From contig OZ245006.1 of assembly GCA_965223545.1 (NCBI GenBank), positions 6,848,001 to 6,912,000 on the forward strand: 64,000 bases of DNA, given 5' to 3'. A program made the position numbers and the translations under genes. The notes beneath the pieces are model-generated. The model was given only the letters and a program-made list of their open reading frames with translations. It had not been told where the DNA came from and did not search any database. Position 1 is the first letter of the stretch; each line of letters begins with the position of its first letter. Shown piece by piece: positions 8,730-19,178 of this stretch. This stretch comes from Planctomycetota bacterium. Lineage in GTDB: Bacteria > Planctomycetota > UBA1135 > UBA2386.

Positions 8730-9793
8730 TGGGACGGTGCCTTGGATGCCTGCTGGTGCCGATCGTCCTGGCCGCCGCCGTAGGCGGCACGACCCAACAC
8801 GGCCTCGCTCAGGGGGAGCTTCCCGTTCAAATCACCGCCGCGCTGGACCGGGCGCGGCCGGTGCTCTTCGACATGGCGAAGACTTCGACCCAAGGTGTGC
8901 ACGCGCTGATTTGTCTCGCCCTGGCTCACGGCGGTTCGACGATGGCCGACCCGGAGTTCCGACAGGCGATCTCTCGACTCGAGGACAGCAAGCTGGCCCA
9001 AACGTACGACCTCAGCGTGCGACTGATGGTGATGGCCGAGGTCCAGGATTACCCAGCGCGGCGCCGCGCCGCGGACAGGGACCTCGCGCAGCTGCTGAAG
9101 AATCAGCGGGGAGGCGGGTTCGGCTACACGCCAAAGGGCGGGCATTGGGATCTCAGCAACACGCAGTACGCGGCGCTGGGCATGCGCGCCGCCGCGAGCT
9201 TGGGGGTCCCCATCTCGCGGCGCCGATGGATCGCGCTCGGTCGCACCGTACTGACCGCACAGGTCCGCCGAGGCGGATTCGGCTATCGACCGAAAGGGCG
9301 CGGCTCGAATCCCTCGATGACCGTCGCGGGAATCGCGGTACTCCAGATATGCCGCATGCAACTGAACGACAAGGGCACGCTGAGCAAGAGAATGCGGTCG
9401 GCGATCAGGAGGGCGTGGGATTACATGGCGAACAACAAGGAATCGATCGGCGCCGGTAGCGACAGCCAACGCAGCTACTACTTCCACTACGGACTCGAGC
9501 GGGCCGCGATCTTGTCCGACTTGGAGATGGTGGATGGCATCGACTGGTATCGCACAGGAGTAAGGATGCTCCTCGAAGACCAGGACCCCGACGGCGGATG
9601 GGGTGCTGCCCCTTGGGCAAGAGAAGCCGATCCCCGCCGGCCCGAGATGCACCGCGGCGGGGAGATCATGACTGCTTTCGCAGTTCTCTTCCTGCGGCAT
9701 TCGTTTCGCAAAACGCTGACGACAGGTCCGATCACGCCGCGCCCCCGAGCGTCATCTGATCTCCGGACCCCAGCGTCGGTCAGGGCTGGATGA
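8726..9793 (+). CDS. Exported prenyltransferase/squalene-oxidase repeat protein
   Basis: Signal peptide; NQRGGGFGY, DLSNTQYAALG, SMTVAG, YYFHYGLER, DWY and QDPDGGW repeats. Confidence 0.75.
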   Translation: MMGRCLGCLLVPIVLAAAVGGTTQHGLAQGELPVQITAALDRARPVLFDMAKTSTQGVHALICLALAHGGSTMADPEFRQAISRLEDSKLAQTYDLSVRLMVMAEVQDYPARRRAADRDLAQLLKNQRGGGFGYTPKGGHWDLSNTQYAALGMRAAASLGVPISRRRWIALGRTVLTAQVRRGGFGYRPKGRGSNPSMTVAGIAVLQICRMQLNDKGTLSKRMRSAIRRAWDYMANNKESIGAGSDSQRSYYFHYGLERAAILSDLEMVDGIDWYRTGVRMLLEDQDPDGGWGAAPWAREADPRRPEMHRGGEIMTAFAVLFLRHSFRKTLTTGPITPRPRASSDLRTPASVRAG

Positions 9794-10229
9794 TCATCAG
9801 CGTCGCCGGGGTGATCTGCAGACACGGCCCCGCGCTGAGGAACCCCATGCTCATGGCCGCCTGCGCCGCGATCCCCGTACCGACCAGCGCTGGCACGTAG
9901 GGTACCTGCAGGGTGAGGACGCGCAGATGCGAGACCGGGAGCACGACGGTTGGCGCCACCACGATGCCACACGTCTGGCCGCCGCAGGTTCCGCTGGCGA
10001 ACGGAAACACGAGCGCCGATTGTGCGCCGATCACCATCACGCTGCCGATCGCGGGCAAGCCGGTCGGGTTGTACTCCAGCGCGATCGGCGAACCGAGCTG
10101 GGTCAAGCCGTGACACTTCATCGGCGGCGTGCTCGGGCAACCGGTGCCCGCGAGGGTCACGCACTGGGTGGCGGCCTCGGGCGCCAGCAGCGCCGAAGCG
10201 AGGAGAACGCTGAGCAGGGGCTTGATCAT
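9780..10229 (-). CDS. Small secreted hypothetical protein
   Basis: MIKPLLSVLLASALLAPEAAT signal peptide; mature part resembles the C-terminal domain of the FG-GAP proteins in this window. Confidence 0.65.
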   Translation of the reverse strand: MIKPLLSVLLASALLAPEAATQCVTLAGTGCPSTPPMKCHGLTQLGSPIALEYNPTGLPAIGSVMVIGAQSALVFPFASGTCGGQTCGIVVAPTVVLPVSHLRVLTLQVPYVPALVGTGIAAQAAMSMGFLSAGPCLQITPATLMIIQP

Positions 10230-10356
10230 CGTGCGAAGCGAGCCGGGTCGGGGTGCAGCACCGTTGCCGATGCATGGTAGAGCAGGACGGGTCGGCTGCG
10301 GCCGGGCAATCCACACGGGCGGAGTTCCGTCCTCCCGCTTCGCGGCGATTCCGGGC

Positions 10357-10896
10357 TCAAGCCTCGTCGAGGGTCGCCCGGACTTCCCGCAGCCACAGCA
10401 CCCGCGCCCGCAGCGTGCGCAACGCTCCGCGGCTGATGAGGTAGGCGAACAGATCGCCATGCGTCTTGTCCTCCGCGCACCTGGCCGTCACCCGGACGAT
10501 CTGCTCCTGGAGCCCGGCCTCCGCCTCGGCCAAGAACGCGGTCCGCTGCTTCGCCGTGAGGACTGACAAGAACCGCACTCGCACGCGGAGCGGGTCGATG
10601 TCCATCAACGCGGCGGGCTCGGGCAGTGGTGGACGCAGCCAAGCCTTGAGCGTGCGGCGGCCGGCGGGCGTCAACTCGTAGAGGCGGGAGGCGCGCCGGC
10701 CGGTCCTCGCGGCACTGGAAGCGAGCAGCCCGCTCGCCTCGAGCCGCTCGACGACCGGGTAGATCGCGCCGGCACTGCCACTCCAGTGCGACGACGGGGA
10801 CTTGGCGAACGTCTGCCGCACGGCGTAGGGCGTGCAGGGTCCTTCGAGCTGGATGATGCCCAGGACCACGTGCTCGAGGTCGGTGCGCGGCGCCAT
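10357..10896 (-). CDS. PadR family transcriptional regulator
   Basis: WSGSAGAIYPVVERLEASGL...LYELTPAGRRTLKAWL. Confidence 0.9.
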   Translation of the reverse strand: MAPRTDLEHVVLGIIQLEGPCTPYAVRQTFAKSPSSHWSGSAGAIYPVVERLEASGLLASSAARTGRRASRLYELTPAGRRTLKAWLRPPLPEPAALMDIDPLRVRVRFLSVLTAKQRTAFLAEAEAGLQEQIVRVTARCAEDKTHGDLFAYLISRGALRTLRARVLWLREVRATLDEA

Positions 10897-11032
10897 GCCA
10901 TGAGCTTAGCGCTTGGCACCGGCGCGACCGAGGCAAGGCAACGTTCCCCGCGATCGGCACGGCAACGGCCCGCGACAGCGCGCGAGTTTTTCGATAGTCT
11001 GAATCGGACTATCGATCCAAACCACGCAAGCC

Positions 11033-13078
11033 ATGTCCGTACCCCACCCGCTGCCAGCGATCTCGATGACCTTGGCCATGTTCGTAGTCGGGGGCCTGCG
11101 TCCCGCGGTCGCTCAGGCAGAGACGACGCCGGCCGTCTACGGCCGGATCCCCGCCACGACGGAGCTTCCCGAGGATGGCTGTGTGATCCCGTTCGGCATC
11201 TACCGCGGTCGGCCGGCGGTGTCGGTGAGGATCAACGGCAAGGGACCGTTCCTGCTGCTCGTCGACTCGGGTGCCGGGACGACGGTGCTCAACCACGACT
11301 TGGTCGCGGAGCTCGAGCTGCCGGTGCTGGAGCAGTCGCGGCTCGGCGATCCGTCCGATCCACAAGCCATCGAGACCGACATCGTCAACCTCGAGAACCT
11401 GCGCGTCGGCGAGGCGGTCTTCGGCAAGGTGCAAGCGGCGAGTTGGGACCGCAGCGCGCTGTATCCCGACCGGGAGACGATGCCGCGAGGCATCCTGGGC
11501 TTCCCGTTGTTCGCGCACTGCTTGCTCACGGTGGACGCCGCCGCGGAGCGGTTCGTGTTGAAGCGCGGCCGTCTTTCCGCGACGGAGCGGCACACCGTGT
11601 CCTACGAGCTGTGGCACGGCGTCTGCCAGTTCCCGATGGAGCTTGCCGGCAAACCGGTCCAGGCGCACCTCGACACCGGGTTCGGCGGTGGGCTGATGCT
11701 GCCGCGCGGCTGGGCGGAGACGCTCGCGCTCGCCGCGCCACCTCGGGTGATCGGCCGCGGGCGCACGGTGAACTCGGATTTCGAGATCCTGCAAGCGACG
11801 CTGGACGGCGCCGTCTCGATCGCGGGCCATCGGCTCGACAGTCCCGAGGTCCTGTTCGCCGAGATCATGAACGCCGCCGACCGCGTGGTTCTCGGGGTCG
11901 GGTTCATGCGCCGCTACACGATCACGTTCGACCAAGAACACCGGCGCGTGCAATTTCTGCCGGTCGCGGCGAGAGCCGGCGAGGCCGACGCGTTCGAGGC
12001 CGTCCTCCCCGGTCCGGTCCGCGAGCGCGGCGTACACGTCGCAGCGCTCGCCGACGGAGGCTACGTCGTCGCCGGGGTTACGCAGCGCGGTGGCGACAGC
12101 GGCGCCGATGCAATGCTCCTGCGCGCCGACGTTCGGGGCGAGGTGATGTGGACGCGATCGTACGGCGGTGACCGTGAGGACAACGGGTGGGCCGTGGTCG
12201 AGCTCGACGACGGCTTCGCGCTCGCGGGCTTTACCAAGAGCTTGGGCGCCGCAGGCTACGACTTCTTCCTGGTCCGCACCGATGCAGCGGGCGAGGTGCT
12301 GTGGCAGAAGACCTACGGCGGCGACGGCGACGACCGGTGCTGGGCGTTGGCGAGGAGCGAGGACGGTGGCTTCCTGCTGGCGGGAGAGACCGACAGCTCC
12401 GGAGCGGGAGAGCGGGACTGGCTGGTGATCGCGACGGACGCGGCCGGCAACCAGATGTGGAGCAAGACCTACGGTGGCGCGCGCGACGATCGCTGCTTCT
12501 CGATCGCGCCCGGCCCGGACGGCGGCTGGGTGCTGGCCGGCCAGACCTACTCCGACACCGCGGGTGACCGGGACGCACAAGTCCTCGCGATCGATGCAGG
12601 CGGCGGGCAGCGTTGGTCACACAAGTTCGGCGGCGAGGCCTCCGACGTCGGCCACTCGATCTGTCGCACGGCGGCCGGCGACTACCTCGTCACCGGCTAC
12701 ACGAAGAGCTTCGGCGCGAACGGCGAAGACCCGTTCCTGATGCGTCTCCGCGCCGACGGCAGCACCGTGTGGACCCGGGTGCTGCCGGTGCCTGGTCGGT
12801 GCCGGGCGATCACCGGAGCCGCGGGCGCTGGCGGCGGCTTCTTCTGCGTCGGCTTTGCGACGCCGCCGGGCGCGCGCCGGGGCGAAGCCGTGCTGCTCCG
12901 CGTGGACGACGAAGGCGCGTTGGAGTGGCGCAGGCAATTCTTTGGCCAAGAGGCCGGCGAAAGCATGGGCTACACCGTGGCCGCAACGCCCGATGGCGGC
13001 TGCGTGTTCACCGGTCACGTCGTGCGGGCGGGTGACACCGACGCGTTTCTCGTCAAGGCAGGCGCCGACGCGCGCTGA
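11033..13078 (+). CDS. Secreted tandem retropepsin-like aspartyl protease fused to a beta-propeller repeat region
   Basis: Signal peptide; LVDSGA and LDTGFGG catalytic motifs with GILG/VLG; repeated WxKTYGG..D units. Confidence 0.8.
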   Translation: MSVPHPLPAISMTLAMFVVGGLRPAVAQAETTPAVYGRIPATTELPEDGCVIPFGIYRGRPAVSVRINGKGPFLLLVDSGAGTTVLNHDLVAELELPVLEQSRLGDPSDPQAIETDIVNLENLRVGEAVFGKVQAASWDRSALYPDRETMPRGILGFPLFAHCLLTVDAAAERFVLKRGRLSATERHTVSYELWHGVCQFPMELAGKPVQAHLDTGFGGGLMLPRGWAETLALAAPPRVIGRGRTVNSDFEILQATLDGAVSIAGHRLDSPEVLFAEIMNAADRVVLGVGFMRRYTITFDQEHRRVQFLPVAARAGEADAFEAVLPGPVRERGVHVAALADGGYVVAGVTQRGGDSGADAMLLRADVRGEVMWTRSYGGDREDNGWAVVELDDGFALAGFTKSLGAAGYDFFLVRTDAAGEVLWQKTYGGDGDDRCWALARSEDGGFLLAGETDSSGAGERDWLVIATDAAGNQMWSKTYGGARDDRCFSIAPGPDGGWVLAGQTYSDTAGDRDAQVLAIDAGGGQRWSHKFGGEASDVGHSICRTAAGDYLVTGYTKSFGANGEDPFLMRLRADGSTVWTRVLPVPGRCRAITGAAGAGGGFFCVGFATPPGARRGEAVLLRVDDEGALEWRRQFFGQEAGESMGYTVAATPDGGCVFTGHVVRAGDTDAFLVKAGADAR

Positions 13079-13096
13079 GGAATGTCGGCTTTTGTC

Positions 13097-13882
13097 TCAC
13101 GAAGCCGCGACGCCGCGACCCGCGGTGACCCCCCCGTCGATCGCCAGGATTGCGCCCGTCGTCCATGCGGACCTCTCGCTCGCCAGGAAGAGGATCGCCT
13201 CCGCCACTTCGCCAGGTTGTCCGTTGCGTCCGATCGGGTGGAACGAATCGAAGCCGGCGAGAGTTTGGCGCACCTGCTCCTTCGGGATGAACGACTCGTA
13301 GACCGGCGTCTCGACGACTGCGGGTGCCACGGCGTTGACCCGGATCCGGTCGTCCGCGAGCTCGATCGCCAGGTTGTGGGTCAGGGCGTGCACGCCGGCC
13401 TTGGCGACTGAGTAGGCCGACGACGGTGTCGCGCCGACCGCGTGGTCGGCCCACATCGAGCCGACATTGACGATTGCGCCGCCGCCGCGGGCGCGCATCG
13501 CGGAGACGGCGGCTTGCGACGCGAAGAACGTGCCGGCGACGATGACTTCCAAGTAGCGAGCCAAGTCCTCGGCGTCGTGCTCGACGAACGGCTTGGGCGA
13601 GAAGATGCCGGCGTTGTTGACGAGAATGTCGACGCCGCCGAACTTCGCTTCTGCCGTCTTGGCGAGCTGCCGTGCCACTTCTCGGTCACCGATCGAGCCG
13701 GCGACCGGGATGATCCGCTCGCCCGTCGGATCGAGTTCTCGCGCTGTGCGGGCAAGCACGTCCTCGCGTCGCCCGTTGATCGCGACGCCAGCGCCACCAC
13801 GTTCCAGGAAACGTCTTGCTGCTTCCTTGCCGATGCCGGTTCCGCCACCGGTGATGAGTGCTACCTTGCCTGTGAAGTCCAT
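13097..13882 (-). CDS. SDR family oxidoreductase
   Basis: TGGGTGIG, NNAG, YSVAK and IRVNAVAP motifs. Confidence 0.95.
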   Translation of the reverse strand: MDFTGKVALITGGGTGIGKEAARRFLERGGAGVAINGRREDVLARTARELDPTGERIIPVAGSIGDREVARQLAKTAEAKFGGVDILVNNAGIFSPKPFVEHDAEDLARYLEVIVAGTFFASQAAVSAMRARGGGAIVNVGSMWADHAVGATPSSAYSVAKAGVHALTHNLAIELADDRIRVNAVAPAVVETPVYESFIPKEQVRQTLAGFDSFHPIGRNGQPGEVAEAILFLASERSAWTTGAILAIDGGVTAGRGVAAS

Positions 13883-14028
13883 CCGATTCTCCTTGGTCGT
13901 GTGGTTTCGAGCGCGACCCATTCGTCGCGTGGCTTGAACTACGCGGCTGCCGAGGAAAAGTCAGGTGAGTACTTCGAGGTAGGGTAGGTACCGCGAGGTG
14001 CTAATTGCGATGACCAGCGGAGAAACGC

Positions 14029-14340
14029 TTGCAAAGAAGACGGATCCCTGAATCGACGGTCGACATGCTGCGTGCGCTGTTCGGCTGCAAGTGGTCGCTG
14101 ACCGTGTTTGCACTGATCGAGGCGGGTGTGCGGCGACCGGGCGAGATGGTGCGCAGCGTGGATGGCCTGACCACGAAGTCGCTGAACGAATGCGTGCAGC
14201 GCTTGCTCGAGTTCGGGATCCTCGAGAAATCGGTCTATCCCGAGGTGCCGCCCCGGGTGGAGTACTCGATCACGGAGCGTGGTGAACGCGTGCGCGCGAT
14301 CTTCGCGCAGATCGAGGAGCTGGCGAAGGAGTTCGCGTAG
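14029..14340 (+). CDS. HxlR family winged-helix regulator
   Basis: GCKWSL...YPEVPPRVEYSITERG; divergent from the SDR gene. Confidence 0.9.
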   Translation: MQRRRIPESTVDMLRALFGCKWSLTVFALIEAGVRRPGEMVRSVDGLTTKSLNECVQRLLEFGILEKSVYPEVPPRVEYSITERGERVRAIFAQIEELAKEFA

Positions 14341-14437
14341 CCGCGCCGACTCGCGGTTGGACCGACCCGATCGGGTCAGCTCCCCGCGACTCGGCCAAGA
14401 GCGAAAGCGCTGGCTCCCGGACGTGCTATGGCATGCT

Positions 14438-15355
14438 GTGGCGAACGTGTTCGAGCTGATCGCTGCCCCTCATTCGCCTTTCGACCTACACGGCGAGCTG
14501 AACCTCGCCGCCGTCGATCTGCAGGCTGCCCACCTGCGGAGGACCGGGATCCACGGCGTCCTCGTGGCCGGAACCACTGGTGAGGGGGCCTCGCTCACGG
14601 GGGCGGAGCGGCGCCGGCTCGCAGAGCGGTGGGTGGCGGTTGGCGGCGACCTGCGCGTCGTGCTGCACGTCGGCCACGCCAGCCCTCACGAGGCTCGCGA
14701 CCTCGCCCGACACGCCGCCGAGATCGGTGCGCATGCCATCTGTGCCGCGCCACCCAACTGGTTCCCCATCCACAGCGCCGAGGAGCTCGCCCAGACGTGC
14801 GAGGTGATTGCGTCGGGCGCCCCCGATCTGCCTTTCCTCTACTACCACATCCCGGCGCTCTCGGGAGTCCGCGTGCCGATGGCCCGACTGCTCGAGCGCG
14901 TGCGCGAGCGCGTCCCGAGCTTCGCCGGAGTGAAGTACACGCACCTCGATCCGGTGGACTTCCAGGCCTGTGTCCGCGCGCACGGCGACGACCTTCAGCT
15001 CATGTGGGGCTGCGACGAGCTCCTCGTCACGGGTCTCCAGCTCGGCGCACACGGCGCGGTCGGGAGCACCTACAACTTCGCCGCCTCGCTGTACCACGGC
15101 GTCGTGGCGGCGCACGCCGCAGGTGAGATCGAAACCGCGCGCATCCTGCAGTCGCGCTCGGCACTGTTGGTCGAGACCCTCGATCGACGTGGCTATCACG
15201 CCGCGGCGAAGACGGTGATGAAGTTCCTCGGCATCGATTGCGGGCCGGTGCGACTGCCCCTCAAGCGCCTCGATCCTCGAGCGGAGGGCGCCTTGCGCCT
15301 CGAACTCGAGGAGCTCGGTTTCTTCGACTGGATCGGGGAGCAAAAAGGCTCGTGA
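14438..15355 (+). CDS. nanA: N-acetylneuraminate lyase (DHDPS family)
   Basis: GTTGEG, YYHIPALSGV, GVKYT (Schiff-base Lys) and GAVGSTYN; operon context. Confidence 0.85.
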   Translation: MANVFELIAAPHSPFDLHGELNLAAVDLQAAHLRRTGIHGVLVAGTTGEGASLTGAERRRLAERWVAVGGDLRVVLHVGHASPHEARDLARHAAEIGAHAICAAPPNWFPIHSAEELAQTCEVIASGAPDLPFLYYHIPALSGVRVPMARLLERVRERVPSFAGVKYTHLDPVDFQACVRAHGDDLQLMWGCDELLVTGLQLGAHGAVGSTYNFAASLYHGVVAAHAAGEIETARILQSRSALLVETLDRRGYHAAAKTVMKFLGIDCGPVRLPLKRLDPRAEGALRLELEELGFFDWIGEQKGS

Positions 15356-17907
15356 GCCCGCTTCTCGCGCTGTGCCTCTTGATCCCCCTGCAGACTCCTC
15401 TGCAGAACGAACAGGGCGCAGGGCGCGACGCGGATCGTTTGACGTGGAGCGAGTTGCCCGCGCTGCCGGACACGCCGGGCCTCGGAGGCCCGTTCGTCGG
15501 GGTGCACCGCGGCGTCCTGCTCGTCGCCGGAGGAGCGAACTTTCCGGACGCCCCGCCGTGGGAAGGCGGCAGCAAGGTTTGGCACGCAGACGTCTTCGCC
15601 CTCGAGCCAGGTGCGGACGCATGGCGCCACGCGGGCGAATTGGAATACCCGCTGGCCTACGGCGCGGCGATCTCGACGCCCGCGGGAGTCGCGCTCCTGG
15701 GCGGTTCCGACTCGGCGCGACATCACGCGGCGTGCTGGATGCTCTCGTGGGACTCGGCGTCGCGCACCGTGCAGTGCGTTCCCCTCCCGCCGCTGCCCAT
15801 CCCTACGGCGTTCCCCGCGGCAGCCGCGATCGCGGATGTCGTCTACCTCGCCGCGGGCAGCGACGGCACCGATCCGACCGCGTTGACGCGCGCCTTCTGG
15901 GCGCTGGATCTGTCGTTGGCCGAGGCCGATCGCGAATGGGTCGAGCTCCCGGCCTGGCCGGGGCCGGCGCGGCACAAGGCCGTCGCGGCCGTGCAGGGGG
16001 GTCGCAGCAGTGCGGAGCACTTCTACCTGTTCTCCGGCGAGATCCCCACGCGCGGCACCGACGGCGAGCTCGCCTACGACTACCGCACCGACGCGTTCCG
16101 CTTCGATCCCAGGACCTCGACCTGGCGGCGGCTGGGCGACCTGCCGAACCCCGTTGCCGCGGCGTGCGCGATGCCGATCGGCCAATCGCAGGTCCTCGTG
16201 TTCAGTGGCTCGACCGGCGAGCACGTGTACGCCCCGGACCCGCGGCCCGAGTTTCCGCGCGCCGTGTTGAGCTTCCACACGATCACGGACACGTGGAGCG
16301 AGGCCGGCTCGATGCCGCAGGCGGTCGTGACCACCGGCGTGGTCCGCTGGCAAGACCGCATCGTGCTGGCTTCGGGCGAGGTCCGTCCCGGAGTGCGCAC
16401 TCCCGCGGTCCGCGCGGTCGAGCCGGTGCGCGGCGACGTGGGCTTCGGCACGCTCAACTCGATCGTGCTCGTCGTCTACCTGCTCGCTCTGGTCGCCATC
16501 GGCGTCACCTTCGCCCGCCGGAAGAAGGGCGCGACCGACTTCTTTCTGGCCGGCAAGCGCATCCCGTGGTGGGCGGCCGGGATCTCGATCTTCGCCACTC
16601 AACTCTCGGCGATCACGTTCGTGTCGACCCCCGCCATCGCCTATGCGAGCGATTGGCTCGTCTTGCCGGGCAAGGCGATGATCCTGTTGATGGCGCCGGT
16701 CGTGGTGCTGCTGTACCTGCCGTTCTTCTGTCGTCTCGACATCACGACTGCCTACGAGTACCTCGAGCGACGCTTCAACGTCGTCGTGCGTCTGTTCGGC
16801 AGCGCGTCTTTCATCGCGTTCCAACTGATGCGAATGGCGGTGGTGATCTTTCTTCCCGCGCTGGCTCTGGCGTTGATCACTGGCATCAACGTCTACGCGT
16901 GTATCTTGGTCATGGGCGTGCTGTCGACGCTGTACACGGTGCTCGGCGGCATGGCGGCGGTCGTCTGGACGGACGTGCTGCAGACGGTCGTGCTGGTCGG
17001 CGGAATGCTCGTGGCGATCTTCGTCGTCGCGTTCGACGTCGGCGGTTTCGGCGTCGTGCTCGACGTGGCGCGCGCTGAGGGCAAGACACGACTGTGGAGC
17101 GGTTCGCTGAGTCTCACCGAGCTGACGACCTGGTCGCTCTTGCTCGGTACGTTCGCGCTGCAGTTCGGTCCGTACACCACCGACCAGGCGGTGATCCAGC
17201 GCTACCTGACGACGAAAGACGAGCGCGCCGCCGCCCGCGGAGTCTGGCTCAACGGTCTGCTCGCGATCCCCGTCGGACTCGTGTTCATGGCGCTGGGCAC
17301 GTGCTTGTACGTGTTCTTCAAGAGCCGGCCGGAGCTGCTGCCCTTGGGCATGCAGAATGACGAGGTGCTCCCTTTTTTCGTGTCCGGCCAGCTTCCGGCG
17401 GGCCTGTCGGGCCTGGTCATCGCCGGCATCTTCGCCGCCTCGATGTCGAGCCTCGACTCGAGCATGCACTCGATCGCCACGGCGTGCACCGTGGACTGGT
17501 ACCGCCGCTTCACTCCGGACGCGACCGACGCGAGCTCCCTGCGTCTGGCTCGCGCCTTGACCGTGCTCCTGGGTGTCCTCGCCATTGGCACGGCGTGTCT
17601 GCTCGTGACCTTCGACATTCAGAGCTTGTGGTTCTTCTTCCAGAAATCACTCGGCCTCGTGTCGAGCGGGCTGGTCGGAGTGTTCCTGCTGGGCATCTTC
17701 ACGCGCCGCGCGAGCGCCGCGGGCGCGATGATCGGCGTCGCCGCCAGCGTTGCCGCGCTGATCTGGGCGACTTGGTTCAGCTCGCTGCACTTCTACCTCT
17801 ACGCCGTGGTCGGAATCGGGACGTGCGTGGTCGTCGGCTACGGCGCAAGCCTCTTGCTTCCCGCCGCCGACCGCGACCTCGACGGCCTGACCCACGCTAC
17901 ACTCTGA
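15352..17907 (+). CDS. Kelch-repeat (NanM-like mutarotase) / sodium:solute symporter (SiaT-like) fusion
   Basis: AGGANFPD..PWEGG and SGEVRPGVRTP Kelch motifs, then DFFLAG, SAITF, AYEYLERRF, WTDVLQ, DQAVIQRY and AASMSSLDS SSS motifs in one frame. Confidence 0.9.
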   Translation: MSPLLALCLLIPLQTPLQNEQGAGRDADRLTWSELPALPDTPGLGGPFVGVHRGVLLVAGGANFPDAPPWEGGSKVWHADVFALEPGADAWRHAGELEYPLAYGAAISTPAGVALLGGSDSARHHAACWMLSWDSASRTVQCVPLPPLPIPTAFPAAAAIADVVYLAAGSDGTDPTALTRAFWALDLSLAEADREWVELPAWPGPARHKAVAAVQGGRSSAEHFYLFSGEIPTRGTDGELAYDYRTDAFRFDPRTSTWRRLGDLPNPVAAACAMPIGQSQVLVFSGSTGEHVYAPDPRPEFPRAVLSFHTITDTWSEAGSMPQAVVTTGVVRWQDRIVLASGEVRPGVRTPAVRAVEPVRGDVGFGTLNSIVLVVYLLALVAIGVTFARRKKGATDFFLAGKRIPWWAAGISIFATQLSAITFVSTPAIAYASDWLVLPGKAMILLMAPVVVLLYLPFFCRLDITTAYEYLERRFNVVVRLFGSASFIAFQLMRMAVVIFLPALALALITGINVYACILVMGVLSTLYTVLGGMAAVVWTDVLQTVVLVGGMLVAIFVVAFDVGGFGVVLDVARAEGKTRLWSGSLSLTELTTWSLLLGTFALQFGPYTTDQAVIQRYLTTKDERAAARGVWLNGLLAIPVGLVFMALGTCLYVFFKSRPELLPLGMQNDEVLPFFVSGQLPAGLSGLVIAGIFAASMSSLDSSMHSIATACTVDWYRRFTPDATDASSLRLARALTVLLGVLAIGTACLLVTFDIQSLWFFFQKSLGLVSSGLVGVFLLGIFTRRASAAGAMIGVAASVAALIWATWFSSLHFYLYAVVGIGTCVVVGYGASLLLPAADRDLDGLTHATL

Positions 17908-17915
17908 CCCATCCG

Positions 17916-19100
17916 ATGACACCGGAGCGCATCGAGGAACTCATCGCCGTCTATCGCGACGGCTTGCTCGAGGACACGCTGCCATTCTGGATGCGCCACT
18001 GCGTCGACCGTGAGCAGGGTGGATTCTTCTTCTGTCTCGACCGGGACGGTCGAGTCGTCGACACGGACAAGGGCATGTGGCAGCACGGCCGCTTCACTTG
18101 GCTGCTGTCCACGCTCTACAACTCGGTGGAGCCGCGGGAGGAGTGGCTCGAGCTCGCGCGGCATGGAGTGGACTTCCTCCGCCGCCACGGCTTCGGCAGC
18201 GACGGCCGCATGTACTTCCAGGTCACGCGCGAGGGCGCGCCGCTCCGCAAGCGTCGCTACGTCTTCACCGAAGCCTTCGCTGCGATCGCGCTCGCCGCTT
18301 TCGCGCGGGCGAGCGACGACGCGTGGGCAGCGGACGAGGCGCGCAGGCTCTTCCGCGAAGTGCTGCGCCACGGCACGACGCCGGGCTTGATTCCTCCGAA
18401 GGTCGATCCGCGGACGCGCCCATGCAAGGGCATCGGCTTTCCGATGATCGTCCTCGCCACCGCGCAGGTGATGCGCGACGACCTGCGCGACCCGCTCGCA
18501 AACGAGTGGGTCGATCGCACGATCGACGAGATTCGTCGAGACTTCGTGAAGCCCGACCTCGAGGTCGTGATGGAGACGGTCGGGCCGAACGGCGAGCTGA
18601 TCGACCACTTCGACGGCCGCACACTGAACCCCGGGCACGCCCTCGAGGCGGCCTGGTTCATCCTGGCCGAGGCCCGACACCGTGGCGGTGACGCCGACCT
18701 GGAGCGATTGGGTTCGTCGATGGTCGCCTGGATGTGGCGGCGCGGGTGGGACGAGGAGTACGGCGGGCTGTTCTACTTCCGCGACCTGCATGGCGGGCCG
18801 GTGCAGGAGTACTGGCACGACATGAAGTTTTGGTGGCCCCACAACGAGGCCGTCCTCGCGACCCTGATGGCGCACCGCGCGACCGGAGAGGCGAAGTACG
18901 CAGATTGGCACCGCAAAGTGCACGACTGGTCGCATCGTTGGTTTGCGGACCCCGAGCATGGCGAGTGGTTCGGCTATCTGCATCGAGACGGTCGACGATC
19001 GGTCACCCTCAAGGGCAACCTGTGGAAAGGCCCGTTTCACCTCCCGCGCATGCAGTTGTTGGCGTGGAAGACACTCGAGGAGATGCGCGATGGGGTGTAG
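17916..19100 (+). CDS. N-acylglucosamine 2-epimerase (AGE family)
   Basis: DTDKGMW, NPGHALE, KFWWPHNE, GEWFGYL and KGPFHLPR motifs. Confidence 0.92.
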   Translation: MTPERIEELIAVYRDGLLEDTLPFWMRHCVDREQGGFFFCLDRDGRVVDTDKGMWQHGRFTWLLSTLYNSVEPREEWLELARHGVDFLRRHGFGSDGRMYFQVTREGAPLRKRRYVFTEAFAAIALAAFARASDDAWAADEARRLFREVLRHGTTPGLIPPKVDPRTRPCKGIGFPMIVLATAQVMRDDLRDPLANEWVDRTIDEIRRDFVKPDLEVVMETVGPNGELIDHFDGRTLNPGHALEAAWFILAEARHRGGDADLERLGSSMVAWMWRRGWDEEYGGLFYFRDLHGGPVQEYWHDMKFWWPHNEAVLATLMAHRATGEAKYADWHRKVHDWSHRWFADPEHGEWFGYLHRDGRRSVTLKGNLWKGPFHLPRMQLLAWKTLEEMRDGV

Positions 19101-19178
19101 GACCCGGGCGATGGCGAGACCCACGTGGAGGCGTCCCAGTGGCGAGTGGATGCAGCGTTGCCGGTATCGGCAATCTCC

